Assembly: GCA_002009975.1 (NCBI GenBank)
Contig: MTLP01000007.1
Span: 64,001 to 128,000 of the forward strand
Source of the DNA: Thermococcus sp. JdFR-02
Lineage (GTDB): Archaea > Methanobacteriota_B > Thermococci > Thermococcales > Thermococcaceae
Length of the DNA: 64,000 nt
Direction of reading: 5' to 3'
The notes under the pieces are model-generated. The model did no database searches and was not told the DNA's origin. It saw only the letters and a list, made by a program, of their open reading frames with translations. Within the stretch, counting starts at the first letter, position 1; each line of letters begins with the position of its first letter. The translations under genes and the position numbers were made by a program. This document shows, one piece after another, positions 8,694-19,577 of the stretch.

Positions 8694-9317
8694 CTAACTT
8701 TGAGTACTTAAAAGTTTTAGGAATATTCCACCAACACCCTCTACCATCATCTGTGCCCCTATTGCCATGGTGAACAAACCTATGATCCTTATGAACACTC
8801 CTAAAGTTGTTTTCTTTACATTCTGAGCTAAATATAACGTGACCACCATTATCAACGCTGTTAATCCGATTGCAATTAGGATTGCAGATGTTGAAATTGC
8901 TATTCCATATTCAGCGGTTAAAGTTATTGCCGTTGTTATTGCGGCTGGACCAGCAATTAAAGGAGTAGCAACTGGGACTGCAGCTAAAGCTAATATATTT
9001 TTCTCCTTTTTTAGTGTTACCATTCCACCGCCTTCCAAAGCTTCCAAGCCAATTTTAAAAAGGACAAAACCTCCAGCAACTTTTAGGGCATTTAAATCTA
9101 TGTGGAATATCTCCTGGAGGATTATCTTCCCAGCTAAGGCAAAGACTATTAAGAGCAGAAAACCGATTAGGTTTGCCCTAATAATAAGCTGTTTTATATC
9201 CCTTAGATGGAAATCTTCCTTGAGTAGCGTAATTAACAGGATTTTATCGCTTGGATCAATCATGATGAGCATTAAAAGGGCACTGCTGAGAATTTCTGCA
9301 ATCATTTTCCTCACCAA
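8694..9317 (-). CDS. MarC family membrane protein
   Basis: [18 protein letters not shown] motif, six TM segments. Confidence 0.85.
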   Translation of the reverse strand: MVRKMIAEILSSALLMLIMIDPSDKILLITLLKEDFHLRDIKQLIIRANLIGFLLLIVFALAGKIILQEIFHIDLNALKVAGGFVLFKIGLEALEGGGMVTLKKEKNILALAAVPVATPLIAGPAAITTAITLTAEYGIAISTSAILIAIGLTALIMVVTLYLAQNVKKTTLGVFIRIIGLFTMAIGAQMMVEGVGGIFLKLLSTQS

Positions 9318-9359
9318 AGGGTTTTAAACAGGTGCGCTTTAAAAAACTATGGTTTTGCA

Positions 9360-9408
9360 ATGATGAAACCGGCACTGGATGAATGGTGATTAGTGCTCGG
9401 TTGTCTGA
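9360..9408 (+). ncRNA. C/D box methylation guide sRNA
   Basis: C ATGATGA - 12 nt - D' ATGA - C' GTGATTA - 12 nt - D CTGA, intergenic. Confidence 0.8.
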
Positions 9409-9439
9409 GCAGAAAAGCAAATAAAAAAGGGAATAAAAT

Positions 9440-10513
9440 TCATCCCCTTTCCTTAACAATCTCATCTGCACTTTTGCCTTCAACCATAAGCTTTGTCCAT
9501 TCCTCAAGCCATCTTGAATAATTCTTCTCTATCTCTTTTGGATCGAGGGTTACTATCTTATCAGGCTTTACAGCGTATTTGAATACTTCTGGCAGAGGGG
9601 CATTTTTATTTGCAGGGAACATCCAATTGGTTAATGGAATCTCCTTTTGGAATTCCTCGCTTAAAACAAACTCAATGAATTTTTGGGCTAGCTCTTTGTG
9701 CTTTGCTCCCTTTACTAACCCAATGCCTTCAATTTGTGGATATCCACCTTCTTTGAAGATTATTGCTCCAATATTTGGCTCTTTTCCACCTGCGTAAGCT
9801 GAATAGGCTGGATCTGTGGCATAGCTAACAAAGAGAGGAGCTTCTCCTTTGTCCCACATCTCCCATCCAGAATCCCAGCCTTTTGTGATTGTGTATATAT
9901 TTGGCTTTAGCTTTTCCCAGAAGTAGAGATATCCCGGATCTCCATAGACGGCTATGGTCCAAAGCAAGAAGGCTGCTCCAGTTGAGCTTGTCCTTGGATC
10001 TTCGACTATTAAGCTTTTGCTCCATTCTGGTTTCAATAAATCCTCAAAGCTTTGTGGTGGGTTTTTAACCTCATCTTTACGGTAAACCACCGCTATGAAT
10101 CCATAATCAAAGGGGACTACATGATAAGTTGGGTCAAAAATTAACTCTTGAGGAACAACGTCAATATTGCTTGGCTTGAAAGGCTCTAAGACACCAGATT
10201 CTATAGCTTTAGCTATTAAATTGTTATCTATTCCAATAACTACGTCAGCCCTTGGGTTGTCTTTCTCAAGAATTAGCCTGTTTAGAACTTCTCCAGCATC
10301 TCCAAGTGTTATCAACTTGACTTTTACCCCATATTTTTCTTCAAACTTAGGAATTGTTGCATTTGCTAATCCCCAGCTTACAAAGCTGTCGTAAGTATAA
10401 ACTACTAATTCCTGTTCTTTTGGACTCTCTGTCTCTGAAGTTTCTTTTCCAATACACCCAAATACTGGGACAATTAAAAGCATCAGGCTTAAGAGCAATG
10501 CAGCTTTTTTCAT
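9440..10513 (-). CDS. Thiamine ABC transporter substrate-binding lipoprotein (ThiB/TbpA-like)
   Basis: Lipobox FGC; VYTYDSF, DPRTSSTG, SYATDPAY, IPLTNWMFP. Confidence 0.88.
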   Translation of the reverse strand: MKKAALLLSLMLLIVPVFGCIGKETSETESPKEQELVVYTYDSFVSWGLANATIPKFEEKYGVKVKLITLGDAGEVLNRLILEKDNPRADVVIGIDNNLIAKAIESGVLEPFKPSNIDVVPQELIFDPTYHVVPFDYGFIAVVYRKDEVKNPPQSFEDLLKPEWSKSLIVEDPRTSSTGAAFLLWTIAVYGDPGYLYFWEKLKPNIYTITKGWDSGWEMWDKGEAPLFVSYATDPAYSAYAGGKEPNIGAIIFKEGGYPQIEGIGLVKGAKHKELAQKFIEFVLSEEFQKEIPLTNWMFPANKNAPLPEVFKYAVKPDKIVTLDPKEIEKNYSRWLEEWTKLMVEGKSADEIVKERG

Positions 10514-10593
10514 ACTCTCACCCCTATAACAGATTTTTCAATTTTCAAAAATTGGTAATTAAAGGAGACTTTTAAAGCTTTGCTTACTTTTTG

Positions 10594-11535
10594 TTAATGC
10601 ATGGATTGGGCGTACATGTATATGAAGTAGGAATAAACAAGCATTAAGAACGCTCCAACCTTTCTATCGACTTTATGACCCAAAATAAGGGAGGATGTTA
10701 ATGTTAACATTACTAGCATTGTTATTGGCATAGTGAAGGTTATAACACTTCCATCAACTTGTATTGGTCTTATGATGGCGGCAATACCTATTACCATTAG
10801 AATATCCAAGATATTTGCACCGATGACGTTGCCAACGCTGATATTTGGTAATCTTTTAAATGTAGCCGTTAGAGAGTTTGCAAGCTCAGGTAATGAAGTT
10901 CCCACGGAAACCAAGGTGAGACCTATCACAACTTCCGGGATTCCAAAGGCTCTTGCAAGTGTTACAGCACTATTCACGACCATTTTAGCACCAATCACAA
11001 CAACCATACCGCTTAAAAACATTATAACTGCTTCTCTCTTAGGATTTCCTCTACTTTCATTTACCTCTCCAATGCTGACATGTTTTTTGTAAAGATAATA
11101 CAAAAACCCGAGATAGATTAGTATTAGCGAAAAACCTTCAAGACGTGAGATTACTCCATTATACATCAAAAGCCATGCATAAGCTGTTACAGCAACCATA
11201 AATAAAGAGTTACGCCAAGCTATCTCCTCAACTTTTAGAGGTCTTATTAAAGAACAGATGCCCAAAATTAATGCGATGTTTGCTAAAGCACTTCCAACAG
11301 CATTTCCTATGGCAATTCCGCTCTTCCCTATATATGCCGCCATTGCAGAAACAGTTACCTCTGGTAGGGTCGTTGCTACACTTGCTAAAACTAATGCTAT
11401 CAAGAACTCGCTAACTCCAAAACCTTTAGCAACTCTTGATGCTGATTCTACAAATTTATCACTACCCTTTATCAGGAAGGCTAAACCTACTATGAATATG
11501 ATTATCTCTTTTACCATCTTTCTCGTCCCATGCAA
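10594..11535 (-). CDS. Ca2+/Na+ antiporter (YrbG/CaCA family)
   Basis: Two alpha repeats ATTLPE...GNAVGS and GTSLPE...GNVIGAN. Confidence 0.9.
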   Translation of the reverse strand: MHGTRKMVKEIIIFIVGLAFLIKGSDKFVESASRVAKGFGVSEFLIALVLASVATTLPEVTVSAMAAYIGKSGIAIGNAVGSALANIALILGICSLIRPLKVEEIAWRNSLFMVAVTAYAWLLMYNGVISRLEGFSLILIYLGFLYYLYKKHVSIGEVNESRGNPKREAVIMFLSGMVVVIGAKMVVNSAVTLARAFGIPEVVIGLTLVSVGTSLPELANSLTATFKRLPNISVGNVIGANILDILMVIGIAAIIRPIQVDGSVITFTMPITMLVMLTLTSSLILGHKVDRKVGAFLMLVYSYFIYMYAQSMH

Positions 11536-11561
11536 CTAAAGGAATGCCATGATTTAAAATG

Positions 11562-12080
11562 TTATCCCTCATAGCCTTCAGCTTTCTCTCCTCTGCTTTC
11601 CATTTTTATAACGTAGTCTGCTGCATTTTGTAGAGCTACACTGAATCCCGGCTCAATTCCGATAATCACAGCTTCCTTCCCTTTCCTTTTTGCTTCACTT
11701 ATAATTGGTAAGAAATCGGCATCCCTTGTAGCCAAAGCTAAGACATCAACATCCGAATTATAAATCAACTCCATTGCTTCTATAGCAACTCTAACATCTG
11801 TATCTCCAGCAACAATAATAGGTTCAAAACCTTGGTTCACGATGGCTTCAATCAATCCTTGAGGAGCGTATTGGTTTAAAACAACCTTAGCAACTCTTAT
11901 TTTTCCAAGTCTCTCTAAAGCTTCTTTAATATCTTCAAGGTGAAGTCCAAATTCCTTCCTTAAAATGTTTGGACCATCAATTATCAATCCCACTGACCTT
12001 TTTGTTTCCTCCTTCTTTTTTGGCTTAACCTCTTTAGCTTCCTCACCTTTCCTTAGTATCTTGAAGAGCCTTTTTCTCAT
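11562..12080 (-). CDS. NYN domain protein (TIGR00288-like)
   Basis: [22 protein letters not shown]. Confidence 0.85.
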   Translation of the reverse strand: MRKRLFKILRKGEEAKEVKPKKKEETKRSVGLIIDGPNILRKEFGLHLEDIKEALERLGKIRVAKVVLNQYAPQGLIEAIVNQGFEPIIVAGDTDVRVAIEAMELIYNSDVDVLALATRDADFLPIISEAKRKGKEAVIIGIEPGFSVALQNAADYVIKMESRGEKAEGYEG

Positions 12081-12585
12081 CTACATCACCCTTTGGTGTT
12101 AAAACAATAACATAATCTGCTCCATGCTTTAAAGCAGAGCTAAATCCTGGCTCAACACCAATAACAACAGTTTCTTTCCCTTTTTCCTTTGCTTTGAGAA
12201 TTATTGGTAAAAACTCTGCATTTCTTGTGGCTATTGCTATGATGTCTATATTTGGGTTGTAAATCTCACGCATAGCTTCAACTGCTAACTTTACACCAAC
12301 TTCTCCTGGAACAACTATCGGCTCAAAACCTTGATTTGCTATTGCTTCGATTAATCCTTGAGGAGCGTATTGGTTTAGTATCACTTTTGCAACCCTTATA
12401 TTGCCCAACTGTTCAAGGGCTTCAACTATATCCTCGAGATGTATTCCAAATTCCTTTCTAAGGATATTAGGACCATCAATCAAGAGGGCGATTTTTTTAC
12501 CCCTCTGCATCTTTCTTTTCATAGTTGCTATACTCTTAACTCCCTCTTTTGTTATCGAGACGATTCTCTCCCAATTGGTGGGCAT
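12043..12585 (-). CDS. NYN domain protein (TIGR00288-like), paralog with substituted acidic residues
   Basis: [22 protein letters not shown]. Confidence 0.85.
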   Translation of the reverse strand: MPTNWERIVSITKEGVKSIATMKRKMQRGKKIALLIDGPNILRKEFGIHLEDIVEALEQLGNIRVAKVILNQYAPQGLIEAIANQGFEPIVVPGEVGVKLAVEAMREIYNPNIDIIAIATRNAEFLPIILKAKEKGKETVVIGVEPGFSSALKHGADYVIVLTPKGDVDEKKALQDTKER

Positions 12586-12670
12586 ACTATCACCACATCG
12601 AAATTATCATCTATACATTGATTTTAGTTTAAATTTTTGTTAGAGAAATATAAAAGGATTAGCTTTGAGG

Positions 12671-15124
12671 TCAATCTTTCAAATTAATCACATGCTTATA
12701 GTAGTACCAGAGACCTCTAACTATATCCCTGACTTCAATCATTGTAAACATTGGACTCCTCTCTATGAGCTTTGCAGTTTCTTCCCATGTGTGTGCCTGT
12801 AGAATGCGATAGATTAGGAGGATAATTTGACGCTCATCTAAATAGGGTTTCATCCATCCATCAAGGAAATAGAGTTTTACTATTGGCTTTACTGCATCTA
12901 AAACAGTATCATAGGTCAAAACTTTGCCAACAAACAGCTCCAATCTCTTCTTTTGAGTCCTTGTTAAGTATATTGGGTAATCCACTGCCTCTTCAAATGG
13001 GCTTTCGAACAACCATCTTGCGATCTCAGGCTCTAAATCTCTATGTGTATCTCCCAGCCACTCTAAAAGCCTAATCCTAAATTCTGCATTTGCTTGCTTA
13101 ACGATTTGCTTTGCCCTTTCACTTATAGGCTTAATCACGATAGCCGTATATTCCCCACTAACGGGATTTCTTGAAGGACTTAAATGGACAACTGCAAATC
13201 CATTTCTTATCCAAAATCTAATTAACTCCTCACTTGCACCAAATCCGCTTCCAACCCAATCTAAATTTTTCTCTTGGGCTTCTTTAATCAAAAGCTCTAA
13301 AGCTTTGCTTCCCAAACCGCGATCCATTGCATCTGGATGTGTTGCAATCCTAACAACCCTATAACCTCTAAGCTTTGCAAACTCTTTTGCATAGTGATGC
13401 TTCACCATCATATCTGGAATGATATTTCCCCTTGGCTTGTAACCTTTAATCATCTTTTCAATTACTCCCTTTGGAATTCCTCCCTCTTTGGCTATTTGTA
13501 CAGCTGTGACTATTTTTCCATTCTTTAAGCGAAGTACTCTAGCTTCATGATGAGGTGCATCTGCTAACAGAGCTACATCGCTTGGTCTATTTTTATAATG
13601 AGCTAAAACATAGATTCCAACGAAATTTCTTAGGTCATCTTCACCTTTTCCTTCAAACCAGTTATCCAAGTTAGGTTCCTCAAAATAAACTTCTTTCTTC
13701 TTAATTAGCTCATAGTCTTCTTCCGTTAGCTGAACAGGTTCTGCATCAAGCAGTAAGACATCAAAGAGCCATTTTTCGATAGGATCATCATCCGCATATC
13801 TAATTGGCGTTGATAGGTGTATCTCTTTAAATCCTCTCTTTTCTCTTGCTTTTTTGAGGAACTTAACTGAGAAACCTCTTCCAGCACCTTCATAACCGTG
13901 AATCGTTGAGGAATAAATTACCTTATCCATAGTTAGATACTTATGCAAAATAGGAACGTGAATTCCAGCGGCTTCATCTAAAACATAAACATCAGCACTC
14001 TTTTTGAAGCCTTGAGCTGGTGGGTAATATCTGAGCCCAATTTCTCTAGCATAGATTTCTTTTATTAACCTTCCTTCGTAGACTACCTTAACTCTGTAGC
14101 CAAGCTTCTCTAAGCTCTTCTTTGCAAACAAGAAAAGACTTTGGACGTTAGCTAATTCTGGAGCTGTGATTACTGCTCTAAATCTCTTTCGCTTAGAGCT
14201 TAAAGCTAAACCAACAACACCAATTCCAACACTAACACTTTTTCCCCTTCCTCTGTCTGCTGTTAAAACAACCATTCCATTCTCATTTGAGAGGGATTCT
14301 AAGGCTTTTAAGACCTCAACTTGACCTTCCGTTAGACATATCTCGTAAAGCTCTTTTGGGAACGTTATTTCACTTGGAATTTCTGGCTTCTCTCTTTCAA
14401 AAAGTCTTGCCTGCTTCTTCTCTTTTTCAGGAGCTTTTAGGATTTTTTGATTTTCAGCGTTCACAATGTAAATTCCTTCATGTTCGTTGAATTTCCTAAT
14501 CAGACGTTTGTTGAATCGCTTTTTTACATCATCGATTGTGTATGGGGGGGTGACTAAATTTTTATGAAAGCCAGTCCACATTTTTTTCCATTTTTCAAAG
14601 GGATTTGTTAGAACAAAGATCAAGCCTCCTCCTCTAACAGTTTCGATTATCCTTCCCAAATCATTAGGGGAGAAGTCATAGCTTAAGTCTAAAACAAGCA
14701 TGTCAAAGGTTCTTCCTAAAATATCTTCGGTGTATTTGAAGGGAATAGCCTCAACTTTAACTTTATCTCCAGCTAAAATATCAAAGTGTTTTCTAAACTC
14801 CTCATATCTCGCCCTTCCAAAAGTATTTTCCCCCAACGCATCGGTTGCATAAAGGAGAACAACATCTTTCTCATTCTCATCTCTGAGCTTCCTCTCGATT
14901 AAATCATCAACTAAAGATGCCAAAACATTAGCAGCCGATCCTCCCAAAATTCCAGCAAGCTTTGCTTTATTTAGAGTTTCACCTTGTAAAATTATCATTC
15001 TCCTTTGAAAGCTTTCTAAAGCTTCAGCTAGAGCTGTTTCGGTGAGCTTTAGAAGTTCGTCTTTCACTCTCTCACTCCTGGCGTATTCTCTCACTTCTTT
15101 ATTAAAACGCACTTTCACGGTCAT
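12671..15124 (-). CDS. tmcA: RNA cytidine acetyltransferase TmcA/Nat10
   Basis: ADRGRGKS, DEAA, STIHGYEGAGRGF, AHYKNRPSD, GNAT RIATHP...GLGS. Confidence 0.93.
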   Translation of the reverse strand: MTVKVRFNKEVREYARSERVKDELLKLTETALAEALESFQRRMIILQGETLNKAKLAGILGGSAANVLASLVDDLIERKLRDENEKDVVLLYATDALGENTFGRARYEEFRKHFDILAGDKVKVEAIPFKYTEDILGRTFDMLVLDLSYDFSPNDLGRIIETVRGGGLIFVLTNPFEKWKKMWTGFHKNLVTPPYTIDDVKKRFNKRLIRKFNEHEGIYIVNAENQKILKAPEKEKKQARLFEREKPEIPSEITFPKELYEICLTEGQVEVLKALESLSNENGMVVLTADRGRGKSVSVGIGVVGLALSSKRKRFRAVITAPELANVQSLFLFAKKSLEKLGYRVKVVYEGRLIKEIYAREIGLRYYPPAQGFKKSADVYVLDEAAGIHVPILHKYLTMDKVIYSSTIHGYEGAGRGFSVKFLKKAREKRGFKEIHLSTPIRYADDDPIEKWLFDVLLLDAEPVQLTEEDYELIKKKEVYFEEPNLDNWFEGKGEDDLRNFVGIYVLAHYKNRPSDVALLADAPHHEARVLRLKNGKIVTAVQIAKEGGIPKGVIEKMIKGYKPRGNIIPDMMVKHHYAKEFAKLRGYRVVRIATHPDAMDRGLGSKALELLIKEAQEKNLDWVGSGFGASEELIRFWIRNGFAVVHLSPSRNPVSGEYTAIVIKPISERAKQIVKQANAEFRIRLLEWLGDTHRDLEPEIARWLFESPFEEAVDYPIYLTRTQKKRLELFVGKVLTYDTVLDAVKPIVKLYFLDGWMKPYLDERQIILLIYRILQAHTWEETAKLIERSPMFTMIEVRDIVRGLWYYYKHVINLKD

Positions 15125-15223
15125 GGCTCATCCCTAAGCTTTCTTCTTACGTTGGCTTAATAAGATTTGGGAAAAGTTATATACTTAAACCATTAAAATC
15201 TTTATCGAAACATTAAGCTGAAG

Positions 15224-17146
15224 GTGGAAAACATGAAAAAGCTTGAGATTAATGATTTGGGAAAGTTTAAGCTTGTTCACAACTTGGATGTCTATAAAAA
15301 TAAAGCAATTTTCGTAGTTACAAGTATAGACCTTGAAAAAGATGACTATTTTAGCAGACTTTATCTTTACGATGGAAGGAAAGTCTTTCAGTTTACCTTT
15401 GGACCAAAGGATAACAACCCAAAATTTTCTCCTAATGGAAAACTAATCGCTTTTACATCAAAAAGGAATAAAGAAAGCAAGGAAAGTGAGCTTTACATTA
15501 TTTCAACTAGTGGCGGAGAGGCAAGACTCTTAACAAGGTTCAAGTATGGGATAAACTTCTTTGATTTCTCTCCAGATAGTGAGAAACTCTTAGTTCTAAG
15601 TCCTGTTGAGATTAAAAGGAGAAGAAAAAAAGAGAAAAGCGATGTTCATGTTATTAAAGAAATCCCCTTCTGGTTCAATGGCATTGGTTGGATTTATGGA
15701 AAAAGGTCTCAGATCTTTTTAGTCGATGTTGAAAGTGGCAGAAAGAGGAAAATAACAAGAGGAACTTTGAACATCACCTTCGCTAAGTTTAATTCAAAAG
15801 GGGATAGCATTTTCTTCATTGCTCAAGAGGATAGAGAAAAGAAGCCTTTGATCAGCGATTTGTTTGTTATGGACTTAAAAAGCAAGAGAATTGAAAAGCT
15901 AACAGATTCAACAATGAGCATTAATGCCTTTGAGTTCGTTGATGAGGAACGTTTGGTTTTGAGGGCAAAGAGCTTGGAGAGAGGACTTCCAACAAATACT
16001 CACATTTACTTGTTTAATGTTGAAACAAGAGAAATGAAAAAACTTACGGCTAAGCTTGATAGGAGTGCCTACAACTCATTGAACAGCGATGTTAGAGGAG
16101 CATCAAGAAATCTGCTTATTTACAAGGATGGATGGATTTATTACATTGCAACTGATGGTCCAAAGGCGAATCTATTTAGGGTTAATTTAGAAGGGGACAT
16201 TGAAAAAGTTATCAGCGGAAATAGAAGTGTTGAAACCTTTAGAATTGGCAAAGGGATTTTCTTCATAGCTCAAAATTCTACAACCCCCACGGAGCTTTAT
16301 TTGTTGAGAGATGAAAAAGAGAAGAAGCTAACTAACTTTAATGATTGGATTAAGGAGTATAAGCTTTCAGAACCAGAACATTTTAGAGTTAAAGCGAGTG
16401 ATGGTGTTGAGATAGACGCTTGGATCATGAAGCCTGTTAACTTTGAAGAAGGAAAGAAGTATCCCGCCGTTGTTGAAATCCATGGAGGACCTAAAACGGT
16501 CTATGGCTATGCTTTCATGCATGAATTCCAAGTTTTAGCGGCGAAAGGCTTTGTTGTGATTTTCAGCAATCCAAGAGGAAGCGACGGTTATGGTGAGGAT
16601 TTTGCAGACATAAGGGAGCATTATGGTGAAAGAGACTACCAAGACATCATGGAGGTTGTTGATGAAGCCATTAGAAGATTTGATTTCATTGATGAAGAGA
16701 GAATAGGAGTAACTGGAGGCTCTTATGGCGGTTTCATGACCAATTGGATTGTAACTCATACAAATCGCTTCAAAGCGGCAGTGACTCAAAGATCAATAAC
16801 AAATTGGATTTCTTTCTTTGGAACAACGGATATAGGCTATTACTTTGCTCCAGATCAGATTGGAAAAGATCCCTGGGATAATTTAGAAGGATATTGGGAA
16901 AAGTCACCTTTAAAGCATGCCAAAAATGTTGAAACGCCCCTTTTAATAATCCATTCAATTGAGGACTATAGATGCTGGCTGACTGAAGCACTGCAATTCT
17001 TTACAGCTCTGAAGTATTTAGGCAAGAGAGTTGAGTTAGCTTTATTCCCCGGAGAAAACCACGATTTGTCAAGGAGAGGGAAGCCAAAGCATAGAATAGA
17101 AAGGTTAAAGTTAATTGTCAGCTGGTTTGAGAAATATTTAGCTTAA
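15224..17146 (+). CDS. S9 family (acylaminoacyl) peptidase
   Basis: Beta-propeller N-terminus; HGGP, GGSYGG nucleophile, DYRC, ENH. Confidence 0.92.
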   Translation: MENMKKLEINDLGKFKLVHNLDVYKNKAIFVVTSIDLEKDDYFSRLYLYDGRKVFQFTFGPKDNNPKFSPNGKLIAFTSKRNKESKESELYIISTSGGEARLLTRFKYGINFFDFSPDSEKLLVLSPVEIKRRRKKEKSDVHVIKEIPFWFNGIGWIYGKRSQIFLVDVESGRKRKITRGTLNITFAKFNSKGDSIFFIAQEDREKKPLISDLFVMDLKSKRIEKLTDSTMSINAFEFVDEERLVLRAKSLERGLPTNTHIYLFNVETREMKKLTAKLDRSAYNSLNSDVRGASRNLLIYKDGWIYYIATDGPKANLFRVNLEGDIEKVISGNRSVETFRIGKGIFFIAQNSTTPTELYLLRDEKEKKLTNFNDWIKEYKLSEPEHFRVKASDGVEIDAWIMKPVNFEEGKKYPAVVEIHGGPKTVYGYAFMHEFQVLAAKGFVVIFSNPRGSDGYGEDFADIREHYGERDYQDIMEVVDEAIRRFDFIDEERIGVTGGSYGGFMTNWIVTHTNRFKAAVTQRSITNWISFFGTTDIGYYFAPDQIGKDPWDNLEGYWEKSPLKHAKNVETPLLIIHSIEDYRCWLTEALQFFTALKYLGKRVELALFPGENHDLSRRGKPKHRIERLKLIVSWFEKYLA

Positions 17147-18031
17147 CTACTCTTCCAGCATTTTAAATTCTTTTTTAAGCAAAGCGATTTGTTGGGGAGA
17201 AAAGGCATCTTTTTCTATAATCACCGCTATGAATGATTTTGTGAGCAGGGCATGGTCTTTTAGGGTCGCTAGCATTTTAAACACACTCTCAAAGTCATTT
17301 TCTATAACGAGATATTCTATCCCATCTATCAGTATTACTTTGGGCTTTCTCTCTTTTTTCATGAATTCTACAAGAGAGTGAAGTATAAAAGGCAAACGAG
17401 AAGGGTGAATTGAATTTGGCGCTTCAATTTTTGTTATCCAGTAGATTGGAATATCTTTAAGGAGTGTGTGTTTCTCTTTGATGATTATCGGGGAATCTCT
17501 TGCTAGGATTATCCCAGGGTATTTGTCTATCAGGTTTAAGAAGAAGTTAAAGGCTTTTGATTTACTTGAGAAGAGATAAAGTCCAGGGGAAACATTAACA
17601 TCTCCCAGAAGCATGCCTCTTGCCTTAACTAATGGTATGTCAATATATTTCTCAGCATATTTTGAAAGCCACAGTGTTGTTGAAGTTACAAATATGATAG
17701 CAAAGAGAGTATAGATAAGGAACATCTGCTCTAAGCTGAGATTGATTAAGGGTTTTCCATCAATATAAATATCATTGAAAATGTCTAGTATAAACCCTAT
17801 TATTGCGATAAACAGACCCAGAATAATGCCCTGATGGAAGAGTTTTATTCTAGGATACTCTTTAATTATAACCTCTCTTGTTGCCAAGAGTTTGTAAAAT
17901 AGATAAATTGAACAAATAAGCGCTATTAGGGGAATAGCAAAGCCAGGATTGGTATAATCTATACTTAGCATAGTGCGACTAATAGTTTGAAGGAGTATAA
18001 TAAATTTTCTATAAAAGATAAAGAGAAGCAC
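17147..18031 (-). CDS. Membrane protein with C-terminal DUF835-like domain
   Basis: Three TM segments then YWITK...IHPSRL...IDGIEYLVIENDF. Confidence 0.75.
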   Translation of the reverse strand: MLLFIFYRKFIILLQTISRTMLSIDYTNPGFAIPLIALICSIYLFYKLLATREVIIKEYPRIKLFHQGIILGLFIAIIGFILDIFNDIYIDGKPLINLSLEQMFLIYTLFAIIFVTSTTLWLSKYAEKYIDIPLVKARGMLLGDVNVSPGLYLFSSKSKAFNFFLNLIDKYPGIILARDSPIIIKEKHTLLKDIPIYWITKIEAPNSIHPSRLPFILHSLVEFMKKERKPKVILIDGIEYLVIENDFESVFKMLATLKDHALLTKSFIAVIIEKDAFSPQQIALLKKEFKMLEE

Positions 18032-18032
18032 G

Positions 18033-19484
18033 TTATCCTAAAAATCCTCTAAGCATGGCTAGATTTAATATTGTTTCCTTACTTATCTCACCTGTTATCA
18101 CTCTTTCAGTCATCGCTACATACTCTGAATTTTGCTCGATTCCCCATTCTTTAGCAAGTTCTACAATTGGCTTTAGGAATTTAAACTTTTTAGCGGCATT
18201 TGGGTTAAAGTGTGCAAAAGCAAAGCTTAAATCTCTGTAAAGTCCTTTGTAGTACTCGCTAATCAATTCGAATTCTTTTTCACTTAAAGCATTTAATCCC
18301 AAAATCTCGGGTGGTATTCCTAAGGAATAAAGCGAGGCTGTAAACTTTATTGCCCTTGGCAAAGCTGAACCATTAACCTCTCTTGCATAACCAAAAAGTC
18401 CAATATGGAGCTTTCTCTTTCTTCTTGAAGGCACAAAGTTGGCAACTTCCCTAATATAGGGAGCTAGAACCCTAAGCTGCTGTGAATACTCATCTTCGTA
18501 TTTTGTCAGAATTTGGAAAAGCCTCTCATCAATTGGTTCTGCTTTCTTTCTTTTTGTGTTTTTTATCTCCTCTATTGCTTTCATGACCTCTTTTGGAGGG
18601 TTGTCGTATTTGAAAGAACTCTGTATTGTGAAAGTTTGAGTGCTTGGGTATTCTTCCAGTACACCCTTAACATTATCTGGCGTCAAATGCCCTCTAAAAG
18701 GAGCTCCTCCAACGCCAACTATTGGATAAATGTCAATACTTATCTCCTCCTCAAGTTCTTGAAGTTTAAATAGGGCATATTTGTCATAAATAACCGCGCT
18801 AATTAGTCCATAGTTCATCGCAGGATCACTTCTTGCCAAAAAGACACGCTGATACTCAAAATCCTTTCCATCTAAATACTCCTCAACAATTTTGTGTGCA
18901 TTTAAAATTGCTTCTTTTGTCTCAAAAAGCGGAATTATGCTTATTTCAGTTGGATAAAACTCACCGATCCATTCATAAATCTTAATATCAAAAACCCTCT
19001 TGTACTGCTTTCCAGCTATGTATTTGGTGTAAAGCTCATACACCCTTTGAATTTCTTCAAATGAGGTTGTCATTGGTAAAATAACCTCAAAAATGGGGGC
19101 AATCTCGTCATTATAGAAAATTTTAGCATAATCAGCCGAGCGTGGAATACTCTCCAAAGTTTCAAGCAAAAGCTTTGCTTCTGCCTTTTCAACACTTGGG
19201 TTTGGGACTCTTGGGGTTAAGCGAAACTCCTCTCCAAGTTTGTGTTTTTTAAAGAATTCCCCATACTTTTCAAGGAGCTTTTTTATAACAAACTCATCAA
19301 CTTCTTTACCTTCAAAATCCCACATTTGTTCTTCTACTCCCAAAACACTAAAAGCATAGAAAGCTTCGCTTATCTCATCTTCTCCCCCTAAAACAGGCTC
19401 CTTCGCAAAGAAGGGTATAAAAACGTTGTCAGGATGTTGAGTACTCATTGTTCTTGGTATCAAATTTCCCATCCAAAAGTACAT
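18033..19484 (-). CDS. ppcA: Archaeal-type phosphoenolpyruvate carboxylase
   Basis: IPRTMSTQHPDN, MWDFEGK, FLARSDPA, LPRAIKF. Confidence 0.95.
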   Translation of the reverse strand: MYFWMGNLIPRTMSTQHPDNVFIPFFAKEPVLGGEDEISEAFYAFSVLGVEEQMWDFEGKEVDEFVIKKLLEKYGEFFKKHKLGEEFRLTPRVPNPSVEKAEAKLLLETLESIPRSADYAKIFYNDEIAPIFEVILPMTTSFEEIQRVYELYTKYIAGKQYKRVFDIKIYEWIGEFYPTEISIIPLFETKEAILNAHKIVEEYLDGKDFEYQRVFLARSDPAMNYGLISAVIYDKYALFKLQELEEEISIDIYPIVGVGGAPFRGHLTPDNVKGVLEEYPSTQTFTIQSSFKYDNPPKEVMKAIEEIKNTKRKKAEPIDERLFQILTKYEDEYSQQLRVLAPYIREVANFVPSRRKRKLHIGLFGYAREVNGSALPRAIKFTASLYSLGIPPEILGLNALSEKEFELISEYYKGLYRDLSFAFAHFNPNAAKKFKFLKPIVELAKEWGIEQNSEYVAMTERVITGEISKETILNLAMLRGFLG

Positions 19485-19577
19485 TTTAAATCTAAATTTA
19501 ATACTTTCGGCAAATTTTTTGGAAAAATGACAAGGTATTTTAAAAAGCTTTTTAAGTGAAACTCCCTATTTCAATCC

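Noticed and set aside
15224-17146. S9 peptidase as the RiPP leader protease
   Set aside because: It is 10 kb away among housekeeping genes and nothing in the sequence links it to the cluster.
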